The notes beneath the pieces were generated by a model. The model had not been told where the DNA came from. It saw only the letters and a program-made list of their open reading frames with translations, and did no database searches. Below are positions 10,353 to 20,837 of a stretch of 64,000 bases of DNA, one piece after another. This DNA comes from Spirochaetia bacterium (GTDB lineage: Bacteria > Spirochaetota > Spirochaetia > CADAEX01). The translations under genes and the position numbers were made by a program. The DNA lies in assembly GCA_963662795.1 (NCBI GenBank), contig OY759746.1, positions 2,048,001 through 2,112,000 of the forward strand. The letters run 5' to 3'. Within the stretch, counting starts at the first letter, position 1, and every line of letters begins with the position of its first letter.

Positions 10353-10700
10353 ATGAAAAAAGAAATTGTTAAAACACAAAAAGGAGAAATAACAGTTTAC
10401 AGCGATATTGAAGTACCAATATCAGATGCATCAGATTTTCTTGATCTGCTTGCAAATACAAATACTAAAACAATATCACTGGATAAAGAATATTTAGATA
10501 ATAGATTTTATGAATTAAGCTCTGGTCTAGCAGGAGAAATACTTCAGAAAGTATCAAATTATAGAAGAAGCGTGATAATTATAGGAGATTTTATCAATAT
10601 CAATAAAAAGAGTTTAAAAGACTTTATATATGAAAGCAATAAAACAGGGCAGGTTGTATTTGCCAAAGACTTGGAAGAAGGAATCATTTTGCTGAAGTAA
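10353..10700 (+). CDS. DUF4180-like protein
   Basis: FYELSSGLAGEILQK..NY and SLKDFIYESN motifs. Confidence 0.8.
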   Translation: MKKEIVKTQKGEITVYSDIEVPISDASDFLDLLANTNTKTISLDKEYLDNRFYELSSGLAGEILQKVSNYRRSVIIIGDFININKKSLKDFIYESNKTGQVVFAKDLEEGIILLK

Positions 10701-11132
10701 TTGGAAAAAAGAGGAAAGATTTTGAAGAAAGATTTAATAGCTGCATGTGGAATTAATTGCTCATTATGTACAGGCTATCAAAGAGAAAAGAATAAATGCG
10801 AAGGTTGCAGGAGTGTTGGCAATAAACCAAAGAATTGCTTGAATTGCATAGTAGTAAATTGTAACAAGAGAGAAGGGAAGGAAGATTTTTGCTTTTCATG
10901 CGATACTTATCCATGCCAGAAAATTAAAAAGCTTGCAAAGCGTTATAGTATGCGGTATGGAGTAGATATTTATAAAAATCTTGAAAGAATTAAAGCCAAA
11001 GGAATAAAGGTATTTGTTGAAGAAGAAAATGAAAAATGGAAATGTATAAAGTGCAAAGCTTTATTATGTATGCATAGCAAAAATTGTTTAAAATGTGGTG
11101 AAGTAAATCCATATTATATTGGAACTTTATAA
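10701..11132 (+). CDS. DUF3795-like Cys-rich protein
   Basis: ACGINCSLC, CEGC and FCFSCDTYPC; start codon uncertain. Confidence 0.75.
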   Translation: MEKRGKILKKDLIAACGINCSLCTGYQREKNKCEGCRSVGNKPKNCLNCIVVNCNKREGKEDFCFSCDTYPCQKIKKLAKRYSMRYGVDIYKNLERIKAKGIKVFVEEENEKWKCIKCKALLCMHSKNCLKCGEVNPYYIGTL

Positions 11133-11156
11133 TAGGTCTTTAAAAAGGATAAAGTA

Positions 11157-11567
11157 ATGATTTACCATATAGTACCGGAAAAAGAGTATTTGAAATTAGC
11201 TGCAAAAGAGAAATATATCCCAAATAATTTCAATGATTTCGGATTTGTACATTGTGCTTTTAAAGTTTCGGTTTTATCAGTTGCAGATGACTATTATTCA
11301 AAAGTAAAGGATAAGCTTATTCTTTTGAAAATAAACCCTGAGAAATTAAAGTCAGATGTAAAATATGAGGAAGCAACTCCGGAAGAAGGTTTAGGTAAAG
11401 AGCATTTAAATACTTCAAATGTTTTTCCACACGTATATGGGCCAGTAGATAATGATGCAGTTGAAGGAGTAGGCGAATTGGGGAAGAAAGAGGGAAAATA
11501 TAGCTGGCCAGTTAAATTCATTCCTTTTGCAGAATATTTGGAAACAAATAAGAAGATAAAAGATTAG
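11157..11567 (+). CDS. DUF952-like protein
   Basis: MIYHI, GFVHC and FPHVYGP motifs. Confidence 0.8.
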   Translation: MIYHIVPEKEYLKLAAKEKYIPNNFNDFGFVHCAFKVSVLSVADDYYSKVKDKLILLKINPEKLKSDVKYEEATPEEGLGKEHLNTSNVFPHVYGPVDNDAVEGVGELGKKEGKYSWPVKFIPFAEYLETNKKIKD

Positions 11568-11858
11568 TCCGGCCTTGGCATTGCCGTGCGGCCTGGACAA
11601 GAAGCGATGATACTGGTGGATAACAGCGATTATTTCGCTGCGCTCCCTGTGGTCGCTTGGGCTCCTGCCAGTTGAGCTGGCAGATCGCCATATTTTGTTT
11701 TCATAAAATCGGAATGACATGTGTTTTATGCTCTTCAAGTTTGTAAAAACCAAATAAAAGTATTTTAGAGTTTAGTCACAAAACATCGAATAATCGCGAG
11801 ACGTTCTCCGAAATACCGCCCCAAGAGAACATCGCCCGGACCTCCGGCCAACGGGCGA
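11567..11858 (+). repeat. Long attC-like composite site, core family III
   Basis: AAC 11622-11624, GTT 11803-11805. Confidence 0.88.
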
Positions 11859-11945
11859 GGAAATTGAGTATAAAGTCGTCTTTTACATTGCTATTGAATA
11901 TTATAAGTTCAATCTCTTTTTTTAGGTAAATAAAAGGTTTTGCAA

Positions 11946-12263
11946 ATGATAAATGAAAAAATCGAAACAATGGGATGCTGCGGTGCATACTGTGGAAAGT
12001 GCAAAGAGTTTGAAAAAAAATTATGTGCGGGGTGTAAAATTGGTTATAAGAATATCGAAAGAGATATCAAAAAAGCAAAATGTAAAATTAAAAAATGTTG
12101 CCTTTTGAAAAAGATAAATTCATGTGCTGATTGCTATGAATATGACAATTGCGTAATAATAAATGAATTTTATAGTAAAAATGGTTATAAATATAAAAAA
12201 TACAAAGAAGCATTGGATTTTATAAAAAAGAATGGCTATCCAACATTCTTTAAAAATAATTGA
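11946..12263 (+). CDS. DUF3795-like Cys-rich protein (possible 3' frameshift in an A run)
   Basis: GCCGAYCGKC, CAGC, CKIKKCC and SCADC motifs. Confidence 0.7.
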   Translation: MINEKIETMGCCGAYCGKCKEFEKKLCAGCKIGYKNIERDIKKAKCKIKKCCLLKKINSCADCYEYDNCVIINEFYSKNGYKYKKYKEALDFIKKNGYPTFFKNN

Positions 12264-12304
12264 AAAATGGAATATGCAATATGGAAAGTATTAAGAAAAA
12301 TCAA

Positions 12305-13075
12305 ATGAAAGTAACAGCTTTTATTGGAAGTGCCCGTAAGAAACATACTTACAATACATGTCAAATGTTATTAGAAAAATTAGAATCTTTTAAAAACATA
12401 GAAACAGAAATTATATGTCTGAATAATTACAATTTGCAGGTTTGTAAAGGGTGTAAGGCTTGTCTTGACAGGGGAGAAGAAAATTGTCCTTTAAAAGATG
12501 ATAGAGATATTTTAATAAAAAAGATGAAAGAATCAGATGGAGTAATATTTGCTACACCAAATTATAGTTTTAATGTATCAGCATTAATGAAATTATTTCT
12601 TGATCGGCTTGCATATTTTGGACATAGACCAGCTTTTTTTGGAAAAACTTTTACCAGTGTTGTTGTGCAGGGAATATTTGGGGGAGAAAAAATTGTTAAA
12701 TATTTAGATTTTTTAGGGAATGCCATTGGATATAATGTAGTAAATGGGTCTCTTATAAATTCCCTTGAACCTATGACAGAAACAAATCAAAAGAAGAATG
12801 AAATAGCTATAGAGAAACAGGCTAATAAGTTTTATAAGCAATTAATCAAAAATGAATTTAAAAACCCTACATTACTTGAATTATTTATTTTCAGAATGTC
12901 TAGAAGCAGTATTAAGACAATGCTTGATGAAAATTATAGGGATTATGAATATTATAAGAAAAATGGATGGTTTGATTCAGCTTTCTATTATCCAGTAAAA
13001 ATAAACATATTAGAAAAAAAACTTGGAAATATTTTTGATAAAATATCGGTGAAAATATCTAAAAATCGTAAATGA
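12305..13075 (+). CDS. Flavodoxin-like / NADPH-dependent FMN reductase (iron-sulfur flavoprotein type)
   Basis: AFIGSARK, CKGCKAC..CPLKDD and DGVIFATPNY; ATG 12305 preferred as start. Confidence 0.85.
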   Translation: MKVTAFIGSARKKHTYNTCQMLLEKLESFKNIETEIICLNNYNLQVCKGCKACLDRGEENCPLKDDRDILIKKMKESDGVIFATPNYSFNVSALMKLFLDRLAYFGHRPAFFGKTFTSVVVQGIFGGEKIVKYLDFLGNAIGYNVVNGSLINSLEPMTETNQKKNEIAIEKQANKFYKQLIKNEFKNPTLLELFIFRMSRSSIKTMLDENYRDYEYYKKNGWFDSAFYYPVKINILEKKLGNIFDKISVKISKNRK

Positions 13076-13099
13076 GTTTTATAGAAAGAAATATTTTTA

Positions 13100-13370
13100 G
13101 TCCGGCCTTGGCGTTGCCGTGCGGCCTGGACAAGAAGCGATGATACTGGTGGATAACAGAGGATAAAGCGCTACGCTCGGAGTACCTCGCTTGGCCTGCG
13201 GCACACATCGTAGATTTTGAACACAACTTCTATAAGCAGCCAGTTTTAGAAGATAAATACTGCAACTTTGTAATATTCAATCTTAGACTACGATGCGTCG
13301 CTTATCCTCGGGACGTTATCCACAATATCATCGCAAGAGAACGCCGCCCGGACCTCCGGCCAACGGGCGA
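13100..13370 (+). repeat. Long attC-like composite site, core family II
   Basis: AAC 13155-13157, GTT 13315-13317. Confidence 0.88.
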
Positions 13371-13373
13371 AGA

Positions 13374-13443
13374 AAATAGAATCTTCTGTATAATATACTT
13401 TATTCATAACATATATTGTTTCTAGTTATTTAATATGTTAGAT
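13374..13443 (+). other. Conserved internal leader ending in attI-like crossover (carrier cassette 1)
   Basis: About 65-nt block shared by 6 carrier cassettes; similarity ends at TAGTTATTTAATAT-GTT (13437). Confidence 0.7.
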
Positions 13444-13468
13444 CGACGCTTTTGGCGCGAGGAGTGAA

Positions 13469-14617
13469 ATGAAAAAATCAATTTCAATAATGCTTGATAC
13501 CTCCATCTATAAACAGACGCCCAAACTAAACTCCGAACTATTTAAACGCTTCATAAAATACTCTCAAATAGGTTTTTTTAAACTGTATATATCTGAAATT
13601 ATTGAGAATGAATATATAACTTGGATTAAGAAAGAATCACAAGACGCACATGAAAACGTCGTTAAAAGCACAGAAGCCTTGAACAAGTTCTATGAGAAAC
13701 CTGATTTCTTTGGTTTGAATTTAAGGTACAACATTACAGCAGAAATAGCACAGACTCAAATCAATGAAATACTTAAGAAAGTACTCGAGAATTGGAATAC
13801 CTATAAGAAAGAAACAAAGGCTATTGTGATTCCGATTCATGACACTGATGGTAAACAAGTTATGAATGCATACTTTAACGGGAGCAAACCATTCAAAGCC
13901 GTTAAAAACAGATTGGATATTCCAGATGCCTTTATTTATTTCGCAATTATTCGAATATTAAAAACCGTCGATAAGATGGTATTCATTACACGTGATAAAG
14001 ACTTTTCAAATAGGATTAATAATGAAAGGATCAAAGTTTTTGAGAATCTAACAGAATTATTCTCAAAAGAAGAATATTCATTACAAAATGACTATTTCAA
14101 AGAATTAAACACAAATGACAAGGCATACTTCGTATTACAATACTTCAAGAAAGAAATAACAAGGAAGCTAGAACGACAAATCGAGATTACAGCATTATTC
14201 CCTGATTCGGAGCAAGAGCTAATCGATCACATTATTGGTGAGTATAAAGATTTAACTATAAAAACTAAGAATAGTGTACTGAATCTTAAGACTGTAAGAA
14301 TAATATCTGCCCTTTCGTTTCTCATTGAATTCACATCAGAAGTAGAATACTTGATCTCTTCAAAGGCAACAAAGGCTGACTTAGAATATGCAGGATCAGA
14401 AAGAATAAAAAAACTCAAAGGAAAGGAAATAAACGATGAAGACCTTTTTGATATCATCGAAGAAACTGTGATATCAATCGGTGGTAATATAAGTATTTCG
14501 TTCAAGGATTCCGATCCATTGATGTGGTCAGAGAAAGTAGTTAGTAACAATATTTTTCCAATAACTGAATTAGAGGAAATTAATATTGTTATAGAAGATT
14601 TTAAAAGATTGACCTAA
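13469..14617 (+). CDS. PIN-domain protein (DUF4935-like), nested cargo
   Basis: MLDTSIY, KPF..DIPDAFIY and FITRDKDF motifs. Confidence 0.7.
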   Translation: MKKSISIMLDTSIYKQTPKLNSELFKRFIKYSQIGFFKLYISEIIENEYITWIKKESQDAHENVVKSTEALNKFYEKPDFFGLNLRYNITAEIAQTQINEILKKVLENWNTYKKETKAIVIPIHDTDGKQVMNAYFNGSKPFKAVKNRLDIPDAFIYFAIIRILKTVDKMVFITRDKDFSNRINNERIKVFENLTELFSKEEYSLQNDYFKELNTNDKAYFVLQYFKKEITRKLERQIEITALFPDSEQELIDHIIGEYKDLTIKTKNSVLNLKTVRIISALSFLIEFTSEVEYLISSKATKADLEYAGSERIKKLKGKEINDEDLFDIIEETVISIGGNISISFKDSDPLMWSEKVVSNNIFPITELEEINIVIEDFKRLT

Positions 14618-14670
14618 CAATCGGTTCAACTTGATTCAGCTACGCCTCACAAGTTAAGCTAATGTTATAA
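14612..14670 (+). repeat. Short canonical attC site (59 bp)
   Basis: ACCTAAC-aatcgg-TTCAACTTG...CAAGTTAA-gctaat-GTTATAA with an extrahelical base. Confidence 0.85.
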
Positions 14671-14694
14671 AAATCAAAGATAGAAACGGGGGAA

Positions 14695-14949
14695 GTCCGG
14701 CCTTGGCGTTGCCGTGCGGCCCTGGACAAGAAGCGATGATACTGGTGGATAACAGCGAATGACCGGTTCCGGCTGTTTCTAAGGAAACAGCCTCCACCTA
14801 AATTGCCGAAATAATACATGTTAAGAATAATGGAAAAGAGTATAAACTTTTGGAGTGAAAACACCATCGGCAACTTCGGTCATTCGCGGGACGTTAGCAG
14901 CAATACGTCCCCAAGAAGACAATCGCCCGGACCTCCGGCCGACGGGCGA
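14695..14949 (+). repeat. Long attC-like composite site, core family IV
   Basis: AAC 14751-14753, GTT 14893-14895. Confidence 0.88.
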
Positions 14950-15036
14950 AGATAGTAATATATAAAAAATCAAATACTAAATATACCATCTCGAAGCTCT
15001 TTGAGAATAAACACAATGCAAATATGAGGATAAAAT

Positions 15037-15777
15037 ATGAGATATAAAATGAAATATTCAGAATATTCAAAATATTATTCATCAATTATTAATAAAAGTC
15101 GTTATGGTTTTGATAAACGTTCAAAGTATTTTCTGAAATATTTAGAAAAAACAAGTAATGAAAAAATATTAAAATTACCTTATGATTTTGAATTATTCCG
15201 AACTCAAAGAGGACATGTTGAAATTGAAGACAACTTTCAAATAACAATATCGCCATATAATAAAGAAAGAATGCTACCTAAAGCTGAAAAAATAAAAAAT
15301 GGACGTGTAAATCCAACTGGGATTCCAGTTTTATATCTATCTGATGATTATTTAACAGCAATAGCAGAAATTAGGCCATGGTTACAAGAAACAATTAGTA
15401 TTGCAAACTTTAGAACTACAAGAGAACTTTCATTGATTGATGTTTCAAAATATCGGAAAATATCAAGAATATTTATTAAAGAACCTAAAGATCCAATGAT
15501 TATTAAAGATAAAATATGGTCAGATGTTGGGCATGCTTTTTCACAACCAGTAACTATTGATGATCAGGAAATTGCTTATATTCCTACTCAAGTAATTAGT
15601 GAATACTTTAAAATGCTTGGATTTGATGGAATTTGTTATAAGAGTTTTCTAGGAAAAGGTAAAAATTATGCCTTATTTGATCTTGAATCAGTAGAAATAA
15701 AATATGGATTTGTTGTGGAAGTAAATGAAATTACAATAAATACGGAAAAGATTTGCAATCCCATACGCATACTATAA
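15037..15777 (+). CDS. RES-domain protein
   Basis: GRVNPTGIPVLYLS, TAIAEIRP, YIPTQVISE and DGICYKS motifs. Confidence 0.85.
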   Translation: MRYKMKYSEYSKYYSSIINKSRYGFDKRSKYFLKYLEKTSNEKILKLPYDFELFRTQRGHVEIEDNFQITISPYNKERMLPKAEKIKNGRVNPTGIPVLYLSDDYLTAIAEIRPWLQETISIANFRTTRELSLIDVSKYRKISRIFIKEPKDPMIIKDKIWSDVGHAFSQPVTIDDQEIAYIPTQVISEYFKMLGFDGICYKSFLGKGKNYALFDLESVEIKYGFVVEVNEITINTEKICNPIRIL

Positions 15778-15856
15778 AAAAGATTAAAAAGTTAAGATGC
15801 AATAGAAAACATAAAAACGGTTTGTTAATAATACTTAATTCTAAATAAGGTGAATT

Positions 15857-16441
15857 ATGTCTTGGAAAAAATTTGGATCTTTTATTGAAGGAATTACGGC
15901 TGCACAATTTTTAAAAAATAGGGCTGGAGAAAAAGGTTGTTTTATTGAATATCTATGTCTAAGCGCAACAATAACTGATGCAATACTACGAACTGCAATT
16001 ATATTAACAAATCAAATTAATAATTCTAATAAAGAAATTGATAGTAAATTATGTTATCAGGATAAACTTAAAAATAAAATCACAGAAAGAGAAATATATA
16101 GAATATCATATAAAATGAATATTATAGATAAAAAGCTATTTGATAAACTTAATAATATTTATGATAACAGAAATGAATCAATACATAGATATGCGATTAC
16201 TGAGATTAAATATAATGATATATTATCTTATTGTGAAATATATGACACAATCATTAAAGAATTAAATAGTATATTATATGGTATTGAAAAATTACAAATA
16301 GAAAAAGAAATTGGAATAACAGTATTAGGCCCAGAATGTACAGCTGCGGAATTATTTGATACATATGCAAAGGAAAAAATAAATAATGATTCAATTATAA
16401 AAGAAATTAAGGAAAATAAATACTTTAAGTCCAAAGACTGA
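15857..16441 (+). CDS. Hypothetical protein, possibly HEPN-like
   Basis: ORF with RBS; RNESIH matches Rx4H. Confidence 0.6.
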   Translation: MSWKKFGSFIEGITAAQFLKNRAGEKGCFIEYLCLSATITDAILRTAIILTNQINNSNKEIDSKLCYQDKLKNKITEREIYRISYKMNIIDKKLFDKLNNIYDNRNESIHRYAITEIKYNDILSYCEIYDTIIKELNSILYGIEKLQIEKEIGITVLGPECTAAELFDTYAKEKINNDSIIKEIKENKYFKSKD

Positions 16442-16480
16442 AAAACATTGTAATTTAATTATTTCCTATTAATATAAAAA

Positions 16481-16752
16481 GTCCAGCCTTGGCTCCGCCG
16501 TGCGGCCTGGACAAGAAGGGGACGTACAGCTGCTAACAGAGGATAATTCGCTTCGCTCGGAGTACCTCGCTTGGCCTGCGGCACACATCGCAGGTTTCGA
16601 ACTACAACTTATATAAGCAACAAGTTTTTGAAAAATAAATACTGCAATTTTGAAATATTTATACTTTGGATGCGATGCGTCGCTTATCCTCGGGACGTTA
16701 TAAGCAATGTTCCCGCAAGAGAACATCGCCCGGACCTCCGGCCGACGGGCGA
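16481..16752 (+). repeat. Long attC-like composite site, core family II
   Basis: AAC 16535-16537, GTT 16697-16699. Confidence 0.88.
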
Positions 16753-16853
16753 GGAAAAGTTGATCTGCTGAATAATAACCTATATTCATAAAATATATAG
16801 TTTTCTGATTATTTAATATATTATGCTGCCCTTTGGGCAGAGGAGGTAAAATA

Positions 16854-17723
16854 GTGTATAAAGCAACAGTAATTGAAACATTCATTGCCACGCCTAGTGA
16901 TATTGTTCAAGAAAGAGCATTCATTAGAGAAATTATTAATGAATGGAATATTGTAAATTCTAAAACTAGAAATGTAATTTTGAAGGATCTGGGCTGGGAA
17001 AATGATATTTATTCATCTTTTTCAGATGGGCGACCTCAAGAAAGCATAAACAAACAAATCTTAGAAGACGCTGACTTATTAATCGGTGTTTTTTGGACAC
17101 GAGTTGGAACCCCTACAGGTGATTATATCAGTGGTAGTGTTGAAGAAATTACAAAACATATTAATGCTCATAAACCAGTATTACTTTTCTTTTCAGATAT
17201 GCCAGTTAGACTTGATAGTGTTGATCAAAATCAATATCAAAAATTATTGGATTTTAAGAAATGGTGTCAAGAAATTGGAATTTATAATTCATATGACAAC
17301 CCAGAAGATTTTGTAAAAATATTTACAAGACAATTAGGTTTAGTTATGAATTCAGAAAAAAAAATACTTGATTTAATAGGATCTCCAGATCGTGTAGAAT
17401 ACTATGAAAATGAGTACAGAAATACAATCAAATTATCTGATAATGCAAAACAACTATTAAAAGAAATATCATTAGATCGTAGTGGCCAATTAATCGCAAT
17501 TATGACTTTAGGAGGTTATAATGTACAAACAAATGGCAAGAGCTTCGGATCTAAAAGAAATGATGCAAGAGCGAAAGCAGAGATAGATTCTGCGATTGAA
17601 GAACTTGAATCATTAAATTTGATTCGATCAAATCCCAAAAGAGAAATATTTACTATAAATGCAAAGGGGTATGAAATTGCAGATGAAATAACCCTCAAAA
17701 ATTATTTTGAAATCAATGAATAG
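16854..17723 (+). CDS. DUF4062-like domain protein with C-terminal winged-helix-like region
   Basis: FIATPSDIVQER, DLLIGVFWTRVGTPT and SGSVEEI; GTG start after GGAGG. Confidence 0.75.
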   Translation: MYKATVIETFIATPSDIVQERAFIREIINEWNIVNSKTRNVILKDLGWENDIYSSFSDGRPQESINKQILEDADLLIGVFWTRVGTPTGDYISGSVEEITKHINAHKPVLLFFSDMPVRLDSVDQNQYQKLLDFKKWCQEIGIYNSYDNPEDFVKIFTRQLGLVMNSEKKILDLIGSPDRVEYYENEYRNTIKLSDNAKQLLKEISLDRSGQLIAIMTLGGYNVQTNGKSFGSKRNDARAKAEIDSAIEELESLNLIRSNPKREIFTINAKGYEIADEITLKNYFEINE

Positions 17724-17907
17724 ATATATGCAATTAATATTCTTTATATTTTTAAAGAGGCAATTAACCAGGCAGCTTGAGGCGATGTTAAATGCACGGA
17801 AATATTCAGTTTTAGAATAACGATGGTTGTGTTAGAATGTATGAGAATAATAAAAATGTCTTATATTCTCGGGACGTTAAACGTAAGATAAAAAATATGG
17901 AACAAAA

Positions 17908-18765
17908 ATGGTTTATGAAGAAATAATAAACAATTTAAATGATATTATTGAAACTAATAAAAAGTGTGAAGATGTCTATAATACGTTCAAATTTTCTCAG
18001 GGTGTTATTAACGACAAACAAGTTTTATTGAAAAAAGATCCTGAAAGAAAAAATATGCTAGATGGATCTACATTTGTAAAGCCTAAAAAGTCAAATAGTA
18101 TTTATATTTATTTTGGATCAAAGTATTTAGATACATATTTAAAAAACAGTACATTACATAACACTATTCTAATACATGAATTAAAGCACTTATATGATTA
18201 TTGCCAAAATAAAGAATCTTTTTTTGAAAGCTCTGTAAAAGAGAAATATTTTTATGAATTTGAGGCAAGAAAAATTGAAGCAAAATTTATAAAATATTAT
18301 CTTGAAGGGAAATATAATTTAACAAAATTAGAACAATTAATGTTGAATAGCTATAATAATGATGGGTTAAATAATTTTATAATTTTATTTCAAAGAGTTG
18401 ATATGAATATCTACTGTATTTTTAAAGAATTGGAAGATGATTTCAATAAAAATATGATTTCTAAAGAAGAAATCATAAAGACATTAATTAATGGAGGGTA
18501 CAAAGTAATTGAAAGCTTTAAAATAGCTAATGAACAAAATAGAAAGTTTGCAAACTATGTTAGTATAATATCTTTTAGAAATTGTCTTGAAGATATTATA
18601 CTAGAAAATGAAAATAGTCATATTGTTTTTGAAGATTTAATTTTAAATGAAGAAATATTAAAAAGCATCTATATTAACTTGTATGAAATAATCGATAATT
18701 TTGAAACTTTTTTTAAAAGATATGCTTATTCAGTGGATATAGATCTTGAAAAAAATTATATGTAA
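17908..18765 (+). CDS. Hypothetical protein with HExxH metallopeptidase-like motif
   Basis: ILIHELKH followed by a downstream EFEA. Confidence 0.65.
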   Translation: MVYEEIINNLNDIIETNKKCEDVYNTFKFSQGVINDKQVLLKKDPERKNMLDGSTFVKPKKSNSIYIYFGSKYLDTYLKNSTLHNTILIHELKHLYDYCQNKESFFESSVKEKYFYEFEARKIEAKFIKYYLEGKYNLTKLEQLMLNSYNNDGLNNFIILFQRVDMNIYCIFKELEDDFNKNMISKEEIIKTLINGGYKVIESFKIANEQNRKFANYVSIISFRNCLEDIILENENSHIVFEDLILNEEILKSIYINLYEIIDNFETFFKRYAYSVDIDLEKNYM

Positions 18766-18827
18766 TAACTCTGTATTCTTCGTTAAACAAAGTGTACAGT
18801 TAGAATAAATATCTGACAGTTTAGGAA

Positions 18828-19083
18828 GTCCGGCCTTGGCTTCCAGCCGTGCGGCCTGGACAAGAAACGGGAACACAGCTTATAACAGCGAATGACCGGT
18901 TCCGGCTGTTTCTAAGGAAACAGCCTCCACCCAAATTGCCGAAATAATACATGTTAAGAATAATGGAATAGAGTATAAACTTTTGGAGTGAAAAACACCA
19001 TCGGCAACTTCGGTCATTCGCGAGACGTTATGCTCAATACCAGCCGCAAGAGAAAGCCGCCCGGACCTCCGGCCCACGGGCGA
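18828..19083 (+). repeat. Long attC-like composite site, core family IV
   Basis: AAC 18884-18886, GTT 19027-19029. Confidence 0.88.
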
Positions 19084-19112
19084 AGATATGAACAAAAACA
19101 GGGAGTGAAATA

Positions 19113-19628
19113 GTGGATGTGAGAATTGAGAAATGCAATTCTGGTGATTTAGATGAAATAATAGAAATAGGAATAAAAACATACTACGATACTTTTCATA
19201 CAAACTGTTCAAAAGAAGTAATGGATAGTTATCTAAAAGAAGCATTTACAAAGAAGAAAATATCTTCAGAAGTAAATAATAAAAACAGCCATTTTTATTT
19301 TGCATATGTAGATAATAAATTAGCAGGTTATATAAAAATAAATACCGACGATGCACAATGTGATTTAAAAGATCAGAATGGACTTGAAATTGAAAGAATA
19401 TATGTGAAGAAAGAGTTTAAGGGAAAGGGTGTAGGCCAAAAACTAATGAATCTTGGAATTGAGAAAGCAAAGGAATTTAACAAGGACTTTGTGTGGCTTG
19501 GGGTATGGGAGATAAATCAGGCAGCAATAGAATTTTATAAGAAAAATGGTTTTACAAAAGCAGGAGAACATAGTTTTAGAATGGGAGATGAAATACAAAA
19601 CGATTATATAATGAAAAAAGCATTGTAA
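19113..19628 (+). CDS. GNAT N-acetyltransferase (PaiA-like)
   Basis: LEIERIYV..FKGKGVG and WLGVWEINQAAIEFY motifs. Confidence 0.88.
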   Translation: MDVRIEKCNSGDLDEIIEIGIKTYYDTFHTNCSKEVMDSYLKEAFTKKKISSEVNNKNSHFYFAYVDNKLAGYIKINTDDAQCDLKDQNGLEIERIYVKKEFKGKGVGQKLMNLGIEKAKEFNKDFVWLGVWEINQAAIEFYKKNGFTKAGEHSFRMGDEIQNDYIMKKAL

Positions 19629-19638
19629 ATTAAAAATA

Positions 19639-19998
19639 ATGGATGAATATTATATTCCGAATAATTTCAATGATTTTGGATTTGTACATTGTGCATTTGA
19701 TGTTTCAGTAGTTGCTATTGCAGATGATTATTATTCGAAAGTAAAGGATAAACTCCTTCTTTTGAAAATAAATCCTGAGAGATTAAAGTCAGATGTAAGG
19801 TATGAGGAAGCAGTGCCTGAAGAAGGAACTGGAACAGGACATTTAAATACTTCAAGTATTTTCCCTCACGTATATGGGCCAGTAGATAATGCAGCTGTTG
19901 AAGGAATAGGGGAATTAGGAAGAGAAAGAGGAAAATACAGCTGGCCTGTTAATTTTATATCATTAAGAGAGTATTTAGAAGTAAAAAAAAGAAGATGA
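19639..19998 (+). CDS. DUF952-like protein, N-terminally truncated paralog
   Basis: Similar to 11157-11567 but lacks the MIYHI N-terminus. Confidence 0.7.
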   Translation: MDEYYIPNNFNDFGFVHCAFDVSVVAIADDYYSKVKDKLLLLKINPERLKSDVRYEEAVPEEGTGTGHLNTSSIFPHVYGPVDNAAVEGIGELGRERGKYSWPVNFISLREYLEVKKRR

Positions 19999-20003
19999 GA
20001 GAA

Positions 20004-20259
20004 GTCCGGCCTTGGCTGTGCCGTGCGGCCTGGACAAGAAGCGGCTGGTACTGGAGCATAACAGCGAATGACCGGTTCTGGCTGTTTCTAAGGAAACAGC
20101 CTCCACCCAAATTGCCGAAATAATACATGTTAAGAATAATGGAATAGAGTATAAACTTTTGAAATGAAAAACGCCATCGGCAACTTCGGTCATTCGCGGG
20201 ACGTTATCGGCAATGGCTGGGCGAAGAAAACACCGCCCGGACCTCCGGCCAACGGGCGA
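20004..20259 (+). repeat. Long attC-like composite site, core family IV
   Basis: AAC 20060-20062, GTT 20203-20205. Confidence 0.88.
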
Positions 20260-20294
20260 AGAAAATAATATTATAAAAAAATGGGGGAGTTAAA

Positions 20295-20825
20295 ATGAAT
20301 ATTGTTGTTGTTTCTTATTCTTTAACTGGAAATAATGAAAAACTGGCAGAAAGTATTGCAAAAGTATTATCAGTTAAACACATAAAGATAGAAGAAATAA
20401 AAAAGAGATCATTCGGGACTATTGCATTCGATATGCTTTTTAACAGAAAACCAAAGATTATTATGCAGTATGATGAAAATGAAAAATATGATTTAGCAGT
20501 ATTTGTTGGACCGGTTTGGATGGGATGTGTGGCTTCTCCTTTACGTAATTGCATCAAAAGATTAAAAGAGATAATTGATAAATACGCTTTTATTTCTATA
20601 AGCGGAGGAGCAGATGGACCTAATCCAAAACTGGAAAGTGAGTTGGAGAAAAGAATTGGGAAAAAAGCAATTGCAGTAATTGATTTACATATCGCAGATC
20701 TTTTACCAAAAGAGCCAAAGCCGGAAAGAAAAGATACATCAGTTTATAAGATAACTGATAAAGATTTAAAACAATTAACTGATACTGTTGTAAAGCGCTT
20801 TAATGAGATGAACATTTTAAAATAA
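20295..20825 (+). CDS. Flavodoxin-like protein
   Basis: YSLTGNNEKLA and YDLAVFVGPVW motifs. Confidence 0.75.
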   Translation: MNIVVVSYSLTGNNEKLAESIAKVLSVKHIKIEEIKKRSFGTIAFDMLFNRKPKIIMQYDENEKYDLAVFVGPVWMGCVASPLRNCIKRLKEIIDKYAFISISGGADGPNPKLESELEKRIGKKAIAVIDLHIADLLPKEPKPERKDTSVYKITDKDLKQLTDTVVKRFNEMNILK

Positions 20826-20837
20826 TGGAATAAGATT

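Noticed and set aside
13381-13410. LexA box in the carrier leader (CTGTATAATATAC...)
   Set aside because: Does not complete CTGT-N8-ACAG in any copy
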